This document shows positions 32,878 through 43,900 of a DNA stretch of 64,000 nucleotides, piece after piece. Location: positions 96,001 to 160,000 of IMG/VR virus record IMGVR_UViG_3300037424_000434; one strand, written 5' to 3'. Below the pieces are notes generated by a model that ran no database searches, had not been told where the DNA came from, and saw nothing but the letters and a program-made list of their open reading frames with translations. A program made the position numbers and the translations under genes. This DNA is from a virus (taxonomy: Duplodnaviria; Caudoviricetes). Position 1 is the first letter of the stretch; every line of letters starts with the position of its first letter.

Positions 32878-35800
32878 ATGGCAAATACGATCAAGGTCAA
32901 ACGATCTGCGGTTCAAGGGAATGTTCCGACTACAGCTCAACTAGATTTAGGCGAAATCGCTATCAATACATATGATGGTAGAATGTTCGTAAAAAAAGAT
33001 GATGGTGCCGCATCAATTGTAACCCTTCTCGGTGATAGCAACGTTAATCATTTCACATTTGACATAACCCCAACCACGGTACCAACAATTGAAGGTACTC
33101 TTTCATGGGATGACACTTTTCATACATTAAAAGTTCAAGGAGATGTTTTGGTGTCCTCTCTTCAAGTTGGCCAAGAAGAGCGTACACGTGTATACAATGG
33201 CACAGGGTCAACTATTTTTGATGGTGAGGCTGTGCATATAATTGGTGGGAGTTCGGGTATTCCTTCGGTTACAAAATCTATCTCCAGCGATAGTACAGCA
33301 TCAACTGCCTGTGTGGGCGTGGCTACTCACGACATAGCAACAGGGACGACTGGTTTTGTGACCACACGGGGCCTTGTACACGATTATGATACCTCGACAT
33401 TTCCTGAAGGAAGTGTGTTGTATTTGTCTGACACCGTTTCGGGTGGGATGCAGATAGCAAAACCTCTTCCCCCTTCTTACACCATACCAATGGCGGTTGT
33501 TATTAGCAGTGCGGTGAATGGTATTATATATGTTGATATGAATAGACATACATCTACTGTTAGTATTATGGATACAGCACTCGCTTCGGCAGACCCAACG
33601 GGTTGGATCAATAATGACGGAATAACTTTGAGTTACGACAGTGCCGCAAGAACCGTAACATTGACTGGTGATCTTAGATATCAATATTATGGCCAAATTC
33701 TTGAACTAACATCTCCTTGGACTTCTACTGCTCACTCAGCCACAACAGGTGTTGCGTATTTCCTTCACTCATCAGATGGAGCAAATTTCACATGGACAAC
33801 AACTGCTTGGTCTTTTAAAAACGTGATGACCGCGTATGTTTGGTATGGAGCGACCGATAAGTATTGTTTGAGAGAACTTCATGGTGTAATGCCATGGCAG
33901 GTACACGAAGAGTTTCACAGTATTGCCGGAACATATAGAACAGGCGGGGGTACCTTGTCCGGATATATCCTTGACTCCGTTACCGCAACAAATCGTAGAC
34001 CAATTGTAGCAGAAACGTTTGTTAAAGACGAGGACAATAGAACAACTCTTCCGGTACTTAATAGTTCTCTCTATACAAAGCTAACCCAAACAGGAGCCGG
34101 GACCGCAGCCTTTACTGTAGAAACCGCAGAAATAGTTCCCTTATCTGGAAACCAACCTTATTGGAACGAATGGAATGGTTCTACGTGGCAGCAAACTTTA
34201 TTGACTGCAAATGATTATATGTCTGTGTGGGTGGTGGCAGTTCCTGTTACAAGCGATCTTGTTTCACAGAAATATAGATATCTATGGGTCCAAGGACAGT
34301 CAAGTGGAACATTGATAAGTCAACAGGCCAGTTTTCCGTCTGACGTTAACCTTGGTTCATTAACAACAACCGCCACTGAGTTTGTTTTTATAGCAAAAAT
34401 CATTATCAGATATACCGGGGGAGATTGGCGGATTATCAGTGTAGACAACATCACAGGCACCAAGGCAAGTTCGACCGCCTCTAGTTCCGGTGTATATTTG
34501 TCGCAGGTATATACTGATGCTACATTGTCCGGTGCTGGCACAATTGCAAGTCCCTTGTCAGTGGTAACTGCGCCCACCGCAACCACATTGACCTTGGCTG
34601 ACAGACAGACCGCAGGGACTCACTATCCAACATTCGCAGCCGTGGCTACGGGAAACCAATCAATATACACCGATGCCGGGATTACGTATGACCCAAGCTC
34701 CAACACACTATCAACGACCGGCATAACTTTATCTGGTACCTTGACTGCTGCGGTTTCCTTGGGTATAGGCACTGTCTCCCCACAAGGCGCATTTGAGGTT
34801 GCGGGTATCGTGGACACAAATGGGGCACATTTCACTGCGATTGGTCAGCGAGTTGACCCCATTGTAACAATAACAGGCGCTGGAGCCGGACCAACCCCCG
34901 CATTGGCATATGTATGTCAAGGTTTGTTGGTTAATATTGCGGGGAATGCTGCCGCAAATACCAATATATTCGAATGTCAAACCATTGGCGCAACAAAACT
35001 TGTTGTATCAGAGCGCGGATGGGTTGGGATTGGTACGAATGCCCCTTCTTCTGAGATAACAATAGATTCAAGTTCTCCCTACATCACGATACTCAACTCA
35101 GCAACTCTTGCATGTGGATTAAAATTCTATAATGATGTTTTTGATAAATGCAGCATTTTGCATTATGGGTCTGGGGTTGTTGGTCAACAAGGTGATATGG
35201 TTTTCCATTCAAACAGGATTACCGCATTTACGTTTGTTAATAACAACGTAAGCGAACTGTTTAGAGTTGATTATGACGGGACTGTTGGTATAGGTATTGC
35301 TTCCCCGGAAGCAATGTTGCATATTAACAGTACCACTTGGAGATCTGATACCCCCGGAACATCTCAGTTACTGCGGTTAGGGGATAATCCTTCGGGTGAA
35401 ATGTTTGGTTTGAGAATAAGTTCATCGGGAACACAAGACCTGAACATTGACAGGTATTATAGTTCTGTGTGGAGTTCTGCGGTAACCATATCAAGATTGA
35501 ATGGATATGTTGGCATAGGAACAATTTCTCCCTCAGTGGCAAAATTGCATGTGGATGGTGGATACGTACAATACAAAGGGTATAATAGTTCTCAGGCGAT
35601 ATATTCGGGGGCGGTCGCTGCATCGGTTGGTGGGTATTACTCAGTAAACTCCTATTACGCAAATAGTTTTCTGTTTACCCCTACATACACCACAGCGGGG
35701 GGTATGCACATCAGAAACACAGGTAACGTAGATTTTTGTGCTGATGATGGACTTACTATAGGTGGCGATTATATACCAACAACAAGACTTAGTATACTAG

Positions 35801-36741
35801 CGGCAACAGGTTATGTCGGTATCGGAAAAACTCCTATCAGTGCATTAGATGTTAACGGTGATATGAGAATTCCCTCCGCCAATTTTGTTTATTTAAAAGA
35901 GACAGGGATTGATAGTTATATAAATTATTGGAAATGGGAAGGTAGTATCTCTTCTGGTATGATGATCAGTAATACTGATCCTACTGGAGAGTTTTACATC
36001 CAAACAAATTCCACAACAGCTTTTACTATACTGAGTGACCAAAAGGTTGGTATCGGGACAACAACACCTATATCATTGCTCGAAGTACATGCTCCAAATA
36101 CTATCACGGGTGTATTGACCATTAGTGGGGGAAATTCTACCGTTGCAGCCATAGGAGAGATACATGCTAGATTAGATTTTGGACAAAATGATGGGTCAAT
36201 GACCAGCACTAACCGTATTGGGGGTAGTATTGCTCTCGTATCAGAAATAATAAATGGAGCATATGCAGGACTTGCCTTTTATACCGGACAACAAGGACGA
36301 GTTCCCGATGTTCTGGCGGAAGCGGTAAGGATAGATAATAATGGCAGCGTTGGTATAGGGACAACAACTCCTTCTTCTGTATTGGATGTTGCAGGGGATA
36401 TTAGAGTAAATTCATTGGTTAACATTGATGCCGATAGTATTACATTGGCGACAGTGACGCCGACAATGATAACATCATTTCCCGTGGCAACTTATGGTAG
36501 CGGAAAAATGATCATTCAGGCATACGACACTGTTACAGGGGAAAGACAGGTATCAGAATTGTTGGTGCTACATGATGGAGTCATAGCATCTGCAACAGAA
36601 TATGGCATATTGTACAGCGGAACCGCTTTGATATCAACATTCGATGTTGACATTAGTGGCGGCAACTTGAGAGTGTTGGCGACAGGAAGCACCGCAAACA
36701 GCACACAATACAAAATATCAGAAAGTTTGGTGGTGATATAA
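32878..36741 (+). CDS. Long tail fibre protein
   Basis: MANTIKVKRS...LDLGEIAINTYDG. Many VGIGT..P repeats. C-terminal GSGKMIIQ...SELLVLHDG...TEYG module. 1287 aa. Confidence 0.8.
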   Translation: MANTIKVKRSAVQGNVPTTAQLDLGEIAINTYDGRMFVKKDDGAASIVTLLGDSNVNHFTFDITPTTVPTIEGTLSWDDTFHTLKVQGDVLVSSLQVGQEERTRVYNGTGSTIFDGEAVHIIGGSSGIPSVTKSISSDSTASTACVGVATHDIATGTTGFVTTRGLVHDYDTSTFPEGSVLYLSDTVSGGMQIAKPLPPSYTIPMAVVISSAVNGIIYVDMNRHTSTVSIMDTALASADPTGWINNDGITLSYDSAARTVTLTGDLRYQYYGQILELTSPWTSTAHSATTGVAYFLHSSDGANFTWTTTAWSFKNVMTAYVWYGATDKYCLRELHGVMPWQVHEEFHSIAGTYRTGGGTLSGYILDSVTATNRRPIVAETFVKDEDNRTTLPVLNSSLYTKLTQTGAGTAAFTVETAEIVPLSGNQPYWNEWNGSTWQQTLLTANDYMSVWVVAVPVTSDLVSQKYRYLWVQGQSSGTLISQQASFPSDVNLGSLTTTATEFVFIAKIIIRYTGGDWRIISVDNITGTKASSTASSSGVYLSQVYTDATLSGAGTIASPLSVVTAPTATTLTLADRQTAGTHYPTFAAVATGNQSIYTDAGITYDPSSNTLSTTGITLSGTLTAAVSLGIGTVSPQGAFEVAGIVDTNGAHFTAIGQRVDPIVTITGAGAGPTPALAYVCQGLLVNIAGNAAANTNIFECQTIGATKLVVSERGWVGIGTNAPSSEITIDSSSPYITILNSATLACGLKFYNDVFDKCSILHYGSGVVGQQGDMVFHSNRITAFTFVNNNVSELFRVDYDGTVGIGIASPEAMLHINSTTWRSDTPGTSQLLRLGDNPSGEMFGLRISSSGTQDLNIDRYYSSVWSSAVTISRLNGYVGIGTISPSVAKLHVDGGYVQYKGYNSSQAIYSGAVAASVGGYYSVNSYYANSFLFTPTYTTAGGMHIRNTGNVDFCADDGLTIGGDYIPTTRLSILAATGYVGIGKTPISALDVNGDMRIPSANFVYLKETGIDSYINYWKWEGSISSGMMISNTDPTGEFYIQTNSTTAFTILSDQKVGIGTTTPISLLEVHAPNTITGVLTISGGNSTVAAIGEIHARLDFGQNDGSMTSTNRIGGSIALVSEIINGAYAGLAFYTGQQGRVPDVLAEAVRIDNNGSVGIGTTTPSSVLDVAGDIRVNSLVNIDADSITLATVTPTMITSFPVATYGSGKMIIQAYDTVTGERQVSELLVLHDGVIASATEYGILYSGTALISTFDVDISGGNLRVLATGSTANSTQYKISESLVVI

Positions 36742-37976
36742 TGGGGATTGCTTATAACACATCTATTGTTCGGGATGGTTTAGTGGTGTATTTTGATCTA
36801 AACAATACCTCAAAGTCATGGAAAGGCGCACCAGTAATAAACAGTCTATATACAGTTGTGCCACCATATACTCCATTTTCGCCGTGGACTGTTGGGGGTG
36901 TAAACACCGACGTCACAGGTACCTCGGACCAAGGACCGGTTAAAGAGTCAAAGACATGGAAATTCGAGAAAACAGGAACTTCTAGTCAATGGAATGGGTG
37001 GGAAGGTTCATATATAGGGCGTTTTACAGGGGTTGCCGGGGATACTTGGGGTGTAAGCTATTGGTATAAAACTAATTCATCTATTCTTTCGCAGTTTTCC
37101 GTGGGTCTTTTTTATACAGAAACTTGGGATAGAGCATATGATACCACTTTATTAGAATCAGTTAGTAATATAATACCAGATGGTCAATGGCATTATAATT
37201 ATTCGGTGGTGCAGATAAACGAAGATTACACCAATGCTGTTATTGTTGATGGCCCGAGTTGGCATTATAGTTCAAGCGCCGGTAGTGTATATATTAACGG
37301 TCTACAATGGAACAAAAACCCTTATGTCGCTCCCCATGCAGTTGGTACACGTGCATCCACAGAGGGTCTGGTTGATATAATGGGCAATGCTGTTGCTGAA
37401 TTATCCACGGCAGGATTTTATTATAACGGGGATCTTACGTTTAGTGGTGATACTCATGTAACATCTACATATAATAACACTGATTTGGATGGTGATCCAG
37501 TGTTCAGTGTGGAAATGGTGGTCAAAAGGACAGATATTTTTAATGGCGGCGGGTATTGGGGTCTTGCTGGAGATGCATCTCTTGCCGGTATTTCTGGCTA
37601 CACATCTGTTGCCAATAAGATAAGCATTGATTTATGGGGGACAGCCACTTTTCATTGTGGGATAGATTATCCATTGGATGAGTGGGTTCATGTTGTGTGG
37701 GCCAAAAATGCCAAACTATTTAATGTGAACACAGTAGTTATATATGTTAATGGGGTTGGGTATACAGCCGAGGATCTAACTGTGGCCAGAGGCACCTCCC
37801 ATACACCCGATTTGAACACTTCAATCAAAGGCATTACTATGGGCAAACTGTCCCCGGTAACAACAGGGTATTACGCTCCCGGAGAAATAGGGCTTATGAG
37901 AATATATAACAGAGCCTTGGGTTTAGATGAAGTACAGAAAAACTTTGAATCAATACGGGGGAGATATGGTATATGA
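36741..37976 (+). CDS. LamG/ConA-like domain virion protein
   Basis: IVRDGLVVYFD, FSVEMVVK, WVHVVW, GEIGLMRIYNRAL..DEV..NF...RGRYGI. Confidence 0.8.
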   Translation: MGIAYNTSIVRDGLVVYFDLNNTSKSWKGAPVINSLYTVVPPYTPFSPWTVGGVNTDVTGTSDQGPVKESKTWKFEKTGTSSQWNGWEGSYIGRFTGVAGDTWGVSYWYKTNSSILSQFSVGLFYTETWDRAYDTTLLESVSNIIPDGQWHYNYSVVQINEDYTNAVIVDGPSWHYSSSAGSVYINGLQWNKNPYVAPHAVGTRASTEGLVDIMGNAVAELSTAGFYYNGDLTFSGDTHVTSTYNNTDLDGDPVFSVEMVVKRTDIFNGGGYWGLAGDASLAGISGYTSVANKISIDLWGTATFHCGIDYPLDEWVHVVWAKNAKLFNVNTVVIYVNGVGYTAEDLTVARGTSHTPDLNTSIKGITMGKLSPVTTGYYAPGEIGLMRIYNRALGLDEVQKNFESIRGRYGI

Positions 37977-39169
37977 GCCTGATACACGGAAATAGTTCAT
38001 CTAGAAATGGCCTTGTTTTGTGTTATGATATGGGTAATACGGGTAAATCATGGAAAGGTGCTCCTACAACCAACTTGTTTTCTTCTCCGTTGGATATGTC
38101 CGATGTTTCATGGGCAATTAATAGTGTTGTTGTGGTTGGAGATAAAATTGAACTAATATCCGCAACCACCGCATCACATTACATATTTAGTGATTCGAGT
38201 TTAATAACGGGGACACAATACACACAATCAGTGCTAGCAAAAGCCGGAGAATTAACCATATTACAGATAGCACCATCAACTGGCTTTGGGGGTGTCGGTG
38301 GTTTTATAAATTATGATCTCATAAATGGTGTGATGAATATAACAGGAACTGGTATTGGTACAATAACTTATATGGGTGATGGGTGGTATCATTGCACATA
38401 TACAGAAACAAGCACGAGCACTGGCAGCGGTATGATGGTTTTCTGTTTAGCTCAGAATATTAATTCAACCCGGTTGGGGTCTTTTTCTGGGGCGGCAGGC
38501 GAAGGACTGTATTTAAAACAACCCCAAATAGAAGCAAATGAATTTGCCACCCCGTTTGTTGTTGGTAGCAGATCAACAACAAATAATTTAATTGACATAA
38601 CAGGGAACCATTCATTGACTTCTTCTAATATGCAATACAATGAAGATAATACTTTTGAGTTTACTGGGGTTAATAGTTTGGTTGTTTGTGGGATCGGGAA
38701 CGATTTCTTTCCGTTACCAGAGTTTGCGATGGAGTTTTGGTTTAGATGTGATGGGACAACACCAACAACAGGGACAGACAACGGCCTCTGTGGGTTTACG
38801 TATGGTATAGCGACAAAAGTTTCCCCGACATATATAACTTTTTATCTGGATGATGGAATTGCTTTTACTTCTGTAAGCTCCCCTAGCATTTATAATTTTC
38901 ATGATTCCTCGTGGCATCACTTGGTTGTACAGGCAAACAGCACAATGAAATATATGTATGTGGATGGGGTATTTGTCAATTCGTCTCCGGGGTCGTGGTC
39001 TGGTTCTACTCGATGGCCAACAAGCGGATGTTATATTGGACAAGACATTAACAACAGTTCGTTTCATTTTAGGGGATCTATTCCTATAACAAAGTTGTAT
39101 AATAGAATGCTTACTGTTGATGAAGTGAAACGGGGGTTTGAATCCACCCGAGGGAGGTTCGGTATATAA
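37973..39169 (+). CDS. LamG/ConA-like domain virion protein (paralogue of the preceding gene)
   Basis: NGLVLCYDMGN..KSWKGAP, QIEANEFATPFV, WHHLVV, YNRMLTVDEV..GF...RGRFGI. Confidence 0.8.
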   Translation: MSLIHGNSSSRNGLVLCYDMGNTGKSWKGAPTTNLFSSPLDMSDVSWAINSVVVVGDKIELISATTASHYIFSDSSLITGTQYTQSVLAKAGELTILQIAPSTGFGGVGGFINYDLINGVMNITGTGIGTITYMGDGWYHCTYTETSTSTGSGMMVFCLAQNINSTRLGSFSGAAGEGLYLKQPQIEANEFATPFVVGSRSTTNNLIDITGNHSLTSSNMQYNEDNTFEFTGVNSLVVCGIGNDFFPLPEFAMEFWFRCDGTTPTTGTDNGLCGFTYGIATKVSPTYITFYLDDGIAFTSVSSPSIYNFHDSSWHHLVVQANSTMKYMYVDGVFVNSSPGSWSGSTRWPTSGCYIGQDINNSSFHFRGSIPITKLYNRMLTVDEVKRGFESTRGRFGI

Positions 39170-39191
39170 CTACTTGTGATTAAATATTTAA

Positions 39192-39199
39192 TATAAATA
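39192..39199 (+). promoter_or_regulatory. Late promoter TATAAATA
   Basis: Exact motif upstream of ATG 39237. Confidence 0.7.
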
Positions 39200-39236
39200 T
39201 AAGTACAATAAATCCATATGGGGAGAGTGAACCGTT

Positions 39237-40919
39237 ATGGCTAATGATAATAGATTCGTTGTTAAAAACGGGTTAGGGGCTCAGAATATCAACTTCACGA
39301 GTCCAGATACAATTAACAGTATACAAGTAACCATGCTTGATAGTGACACCCTTTCCGTAAGCGGTGATAGTGGACAATTGTTTTCTATCACAGACTCTCT
39401 TATTGGTACCATATTCGCAGTCAATGATATTTCCGGCATACCCTCTATAGAAGTGGATGATGATGGCACCATAAGGTTTGCTGAGACGGTTGGTAATGTT
39501 TTAATTGGTACTGCCATCGATAACGGAACAGATAAATTACAAGTCAACGGAACTATTTCTGCCACAACGTTTGTTGGGGCGGTTAGTGGTATAGCGACCG
39601 GCGCAGATCAATTGTATTATACGTCAATTGGGGATGATGTAAGTTATTATCTTCCTTTTGTTAATAGCTCCTCATCCGGATACAAAGATACGTATGTCGA
39701 TTCTGGAGTTACATATAATCCTTATACTAACACAGTAACGACATCCATCATACAATCCACCGGCAATGCTTATCTACAAGGCGCACAGACAGAGATTGGT
39801 ACGTCCACCACTCAAGGCATATTAAAGCTTTGGGGAGCAACACCGGGGGCATCCGCTCAAATCCATGTTTCTACAGGTAACCTACACATCAATGCTTTTT
39901 CTGCTTCAACCAGCATATATTTAAATTATTATACAGGATCTGGTGTTATTTTTGGTAACGGCGCTACTGGTTATGGTTCGATGGTTGCTGCTAATGGACA
40001 GTTTGTGTCAACCATAGTAACAGGCACTGCCCCTTTTGTGGTAGCATCAACAACGCTTGTATCTAATCTTAATGCCGATTATCTTGACAGTTTACACTCA
40101 ACATCTTTTCTTCGGAGTGATGCTGCTGCCACAAAAACCTCTGGGTCATTAACGTTTGATGATAATGTTTTTTTGGTATTGGGCACGGGAACTGACGTTG
40201 CACATGTGTGGAATGGGACTCATTATACAATGGATGTTGCTACTGGTAATATATATTATGACATAGGATCTTATTGGTATATAAGAGATAGAGATGCCGC
40301 AGATGCCGTAAGACTTACCTTTGATAGCGCAACAGGTAATATGACCATAACAGGTGTTATGACTGCTTCTTCTTTTAGTGGCAATGCTTCTAGCGCCACA
40401 CAAACATACTACACGAATACCCAAACCGATGGTTCGTATTATATTCCATTCGTAAATTCCAGTAGTTCTGGGTTTAGAGATGCCTATGTCGATGTTGGGA
40501 TATCATATAATCCTTCAACTAATGCATTAAGTGTGATTGGTGGCACAAACGCGGCATATATCGGCCTAAACAATACCTCACAAACATCTGGAAATGGATT
40601 GTCTTTATATGGTGGATACACTGTAGGTCAACCCACATATGGTATGATGTTTGCCGGAACCCCAACATTTGGCACCCATGGATCGGTTGTTGGTGATTGG
40701 GCGATGTACTTCAACGTGAATAATGGATCTGATCGTGGATGGATATTCAGGGATGTTTCTTCCGCTGTCAATGTTGCTTCTATCACAAACACTGGTATAG
40801 CAAACTTTGATGTGAGTGTTTCCACTAAAGCACAAATAGTACAAGACTCAACTAATGTTGATAAAGTTTCTTTGACATACAATGAGACAACAAACTCATT
40901 AGATTTTAATTTTATATAA
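39237..40919 (+). CDS. Tail fibre protein
   Basis: FVVKNGL start, VLIGT..DNG..KLQVNG, V.STTLVSNLNADYLD, C-terminal LDFNFI. Confidence 0.75.
   Translation: MANDNRFVVKNGLGAQNINFTSPDTINSIQVTMLDSDTLSVSGDSGQLFSITDSLIGTIFAVNDISGIPSIEVDDDGTIRFAETVGNVLIGTAIDNGTDKLQVNGTISATTFVGAVSGIATGADQLYYTSIGDDVSYYLPFVNSSSSGYKDTYVDSGVTYNPYTNTVTTSIIQSTGNAYLQGAQTEIGTSTTQGILKLWGATPGASAQIHVSTGNLHINAFSASTSIYLNYYTGSGVIFGNGATGYGSMVAANGQFVSTIVTGTAPFVVASTTLVSNLNADYLDSLHSTSFLRSDAAATKTSGSLTFDDNVFLVLGTGTDVAHVWNGTHYTMDVATGNIYYDIGSYWYIRDRDAADAVRLTFDSATGNMTITGVMTASSFSGNASSATQTYYTNTQTDGSYYIPFVNSSSSGFRDAYVDVGISYNPSTNALSVIGGTNAAYIGLNNTSQTSGNGLSLYGGYTVGQPTYGMMFAGTPTFGTHGSVVGDWAMYFNVNNGSDRGWIFRDVSSAVNVASITNTGIANFDVSVSTKAQIVQDSTNVDKVSLTYNETTNSLDFNFI
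39769..39884 (+). repeat. 116-bp repeat A, copy 1 (copy 2 at 45807-45922)
   Basis: 112/116 identical by manual alignment. Confidence 0.9.
40045..40122 (+). repeat. 78-bp repeat B, copy 1 (copy 2 at 45108-45185)
   Basis: 76/78 identical by manual alignment. Confidence 0.9.
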
Positions 40920-40928
40920 GGTAACAAT

Positions 40929-43900
40929 ATGTCTTTGGTTGGTTGGTGGAAATTAGATGGGGATTTTGATGATTATTCTGTGTATGGAAATCACGGAACA
41001 ACTGTTGGTTCGTTCGCTGACGGGAAAATAGGGCAGTGTGTTAATTTTGCAAGCACCACAGGAAGTGTTATAGGTAACGTTGATACTTTAGGGTTGCCTA
41101 CAATGACCCAGAATTTGACCATCTCTTTTTGGGTATATCCAGATTCATTTCCAGTGTCACCCTCTAGACATGGAATCATGCAGACGGCATATGGTGCGGA
41201 ATTTGCTATTAACATCACTTCTATTGGGTCTGTTCAGTATTATAGTGGCACCTCTGGTGGACGGATCACACCATTTCAAGTAGTAACAGCTACTTCAATG
41301 TTAGAAGTAGGTAAATGGCAACACGTTACGGTGGTTAGAGATATAACAAACAAAACCATTGAGTTTTTTAAGAACGGGGTTAGTTTTGTGTCTCACACTT
41401 GGGCCTCTCCGTATTACCCAGCAGCACAGGCAGTAGGATATCCGTTAGTATTGGGGTGGTCGTATGTTGGGGCTCTGGTTGGAAAGCTAAATGATGTCAG
41501 AATATATGATCACGCAATGTCCTTGAGGGAAGTTAAAGAGTTAGCAAAAACCAAAATGTTGCATTACAAATTTAACGACTTTCAGGAACCAACCATAAAT
41601 GAGTTTGACGAAAGTGTTATGGTTAATAGCACATACGATGGGCCGGGTGATATCCAGATAGGTGAATTGGACGCATTTGGTGGAACGGATAATGTTGTGA
41701 GAAGGATCACAGGCAAGGTTCGGTTTGGAAATTCAGTCGGTGTTGACGTGGGGACATTATACCAAGGGTCCACTTATACTTTCTCTGTCTACTTAAGAAA
41801 GGTTCTGGGGGAAATCGAACCATCAGGGACATTTGAATTTGATATATGTGATTTAGTGGATGAAGTTAATTTTGCTGGGTCTTTGGTTGACAATTTAACA
41901 TACGATTGGAGAAGGTTTGCGGTTACTGCTTACCATGACACAAATATAGCCCATCATTTTACTGATATCGGTGAATATTTGGGGACAGGTGTGTGGGAGT
42001 GGTGTTGTGCTCAGATAGAAAACAAAGATCACGCAACCCCTTTTGTTAATATACATAATTCGAGGGATGGGGTTATTGGGGATTGTTCGGATTATGGCAG
42101 ACATGCATATTCTATTATAGACAACTCATATAGCTATAAAATAGACCACGTTGACCAGTATGGCACATGGTTGAAAATATTTAATCATGAATCCTTAATT
42201 AACACAAATTTGTTCGCGAGTGCCGCTGAGGCGTCGTATAATGATCCAAATAATCCAGAAAGCAACAAATTTTCTATTTTATCTCAGATACCAAGTTTTG
42301 TGCGAAAGGACGGTAAATATAAATTCAAATTATCATATCCAGACGTTGATGTGACGAATATTTGGTATCAAACAAATGATCCAAATATTGATGGGGTATA
42401 TGCGGTTTCTGGATATGAAGCAATTTCAATAGACTCGACTGTTCAAAGTTGGTACGGACTTGCTCGTAGTAGTGTCCCCACCACAACATATATGGATGGA
42501 TGTGATGGGGTGAGTTGGTGGTGGTCTGTTGGTCAGATAACCGCTTATGGGGGATCAAGTGGGGGCAATCCCGGCCCCGGCGTGGCGGTTAATAAAACCG
42601 AACTATATATTTGTGTGGAAAACACTTCGGCGTTTAACGCATTTCCTCAATGGGTTTCTGATGGCAAAACCGGGGGTGGCTGTTATAGATTTGATGGTAT
42701 TCATAGAATCGTTACTAACAGAATATTCATGGACACTAATATTCAAAGTTGGACAGCGGCAGCGTGGGTTAAGTTAGATGTTAATAATACGACACAAAGA
42801 TTGGTTGATTTTAATCTAGGTAACAACATTATTAGAGGAGGAACCACCAAGGCGCTTTTGTATATTAACGATGGGGTAAATGATGCTTATACTTATTCAA
42901 CCGGGGCAATGCCAGTAGGCGAATGGTTTCACCTCGCATTTGTTCTCAATACTGACACCATTAGATGTCAAATATATCTAAATGGATCACTGCATGGATC
43001 ATCTGCCAACTATGCAGGAACCGAAACCCCCGCAGGGTTTGTTAACTCAACCATCTTTGGTGACTGGGTACAAGGCCAATTAGATGATATTAGAATATAT
43101 GCAACAGATTTGTCCTCCGAGGATATTTTGGAGTTATACCAAACAAAGCAATCTTTGGATGATGTGGGTAACCTATATATGAATGAACTGGTAGAAAATA
43201 CGTATTGGGACGAGGGTATTGATAATACAAATCTCTTATATAACGGGGATGCTTCTGTTGGTGATAATTCAAATTTTTCTCCGCTGACATATTATTCACC
43301 GGAAAAATGTTTTACTTATACGTCAGCGTCTTCTCAATGGATAAGCAATTATTATATTCCTGTTATAGGGAATGGGGTTGATACGTTCGATCAGTATATG
43401 TTGTCTGGTTTCTTTAAGCAACCAACAGGAACTATGTCTAAGTTTTATTATATGATAGTGTGTTATGACAAAGACAAAAATTTTATAGATCATACTAGGG
43501 TGGCTTTTTATCCTAATACCCAGACAGTAACAACACAAACAATAAACAATGGGGATGAATATGTATATGTTGATGATCTAACAAACTGGTATGATGATGG
43601 ATTGGATGGGTATGTACACCAAAAAACATTTGCTTGTTGGCCTATAGGTGTTGCAGAATACCCCCCATTTACGTATTCGAGGCACGTTAATCTTGTTAGG
43701 TTTGTTGACAAGACACTGAATAGATTACGATTGAATACTGTGTGGAGCGGTGGAACCGTGCCTATCGGTTCTCCTGTGACAAATTCTTATTCAGGATCTA
43801 TTTATTCATATATCGCCGCATCTAATGCTCTTATGACACCTGATTGGGTTTATTATTCAGGATCTACTTATGCTTCTGCCCATATTGTGGGTATGAGAGC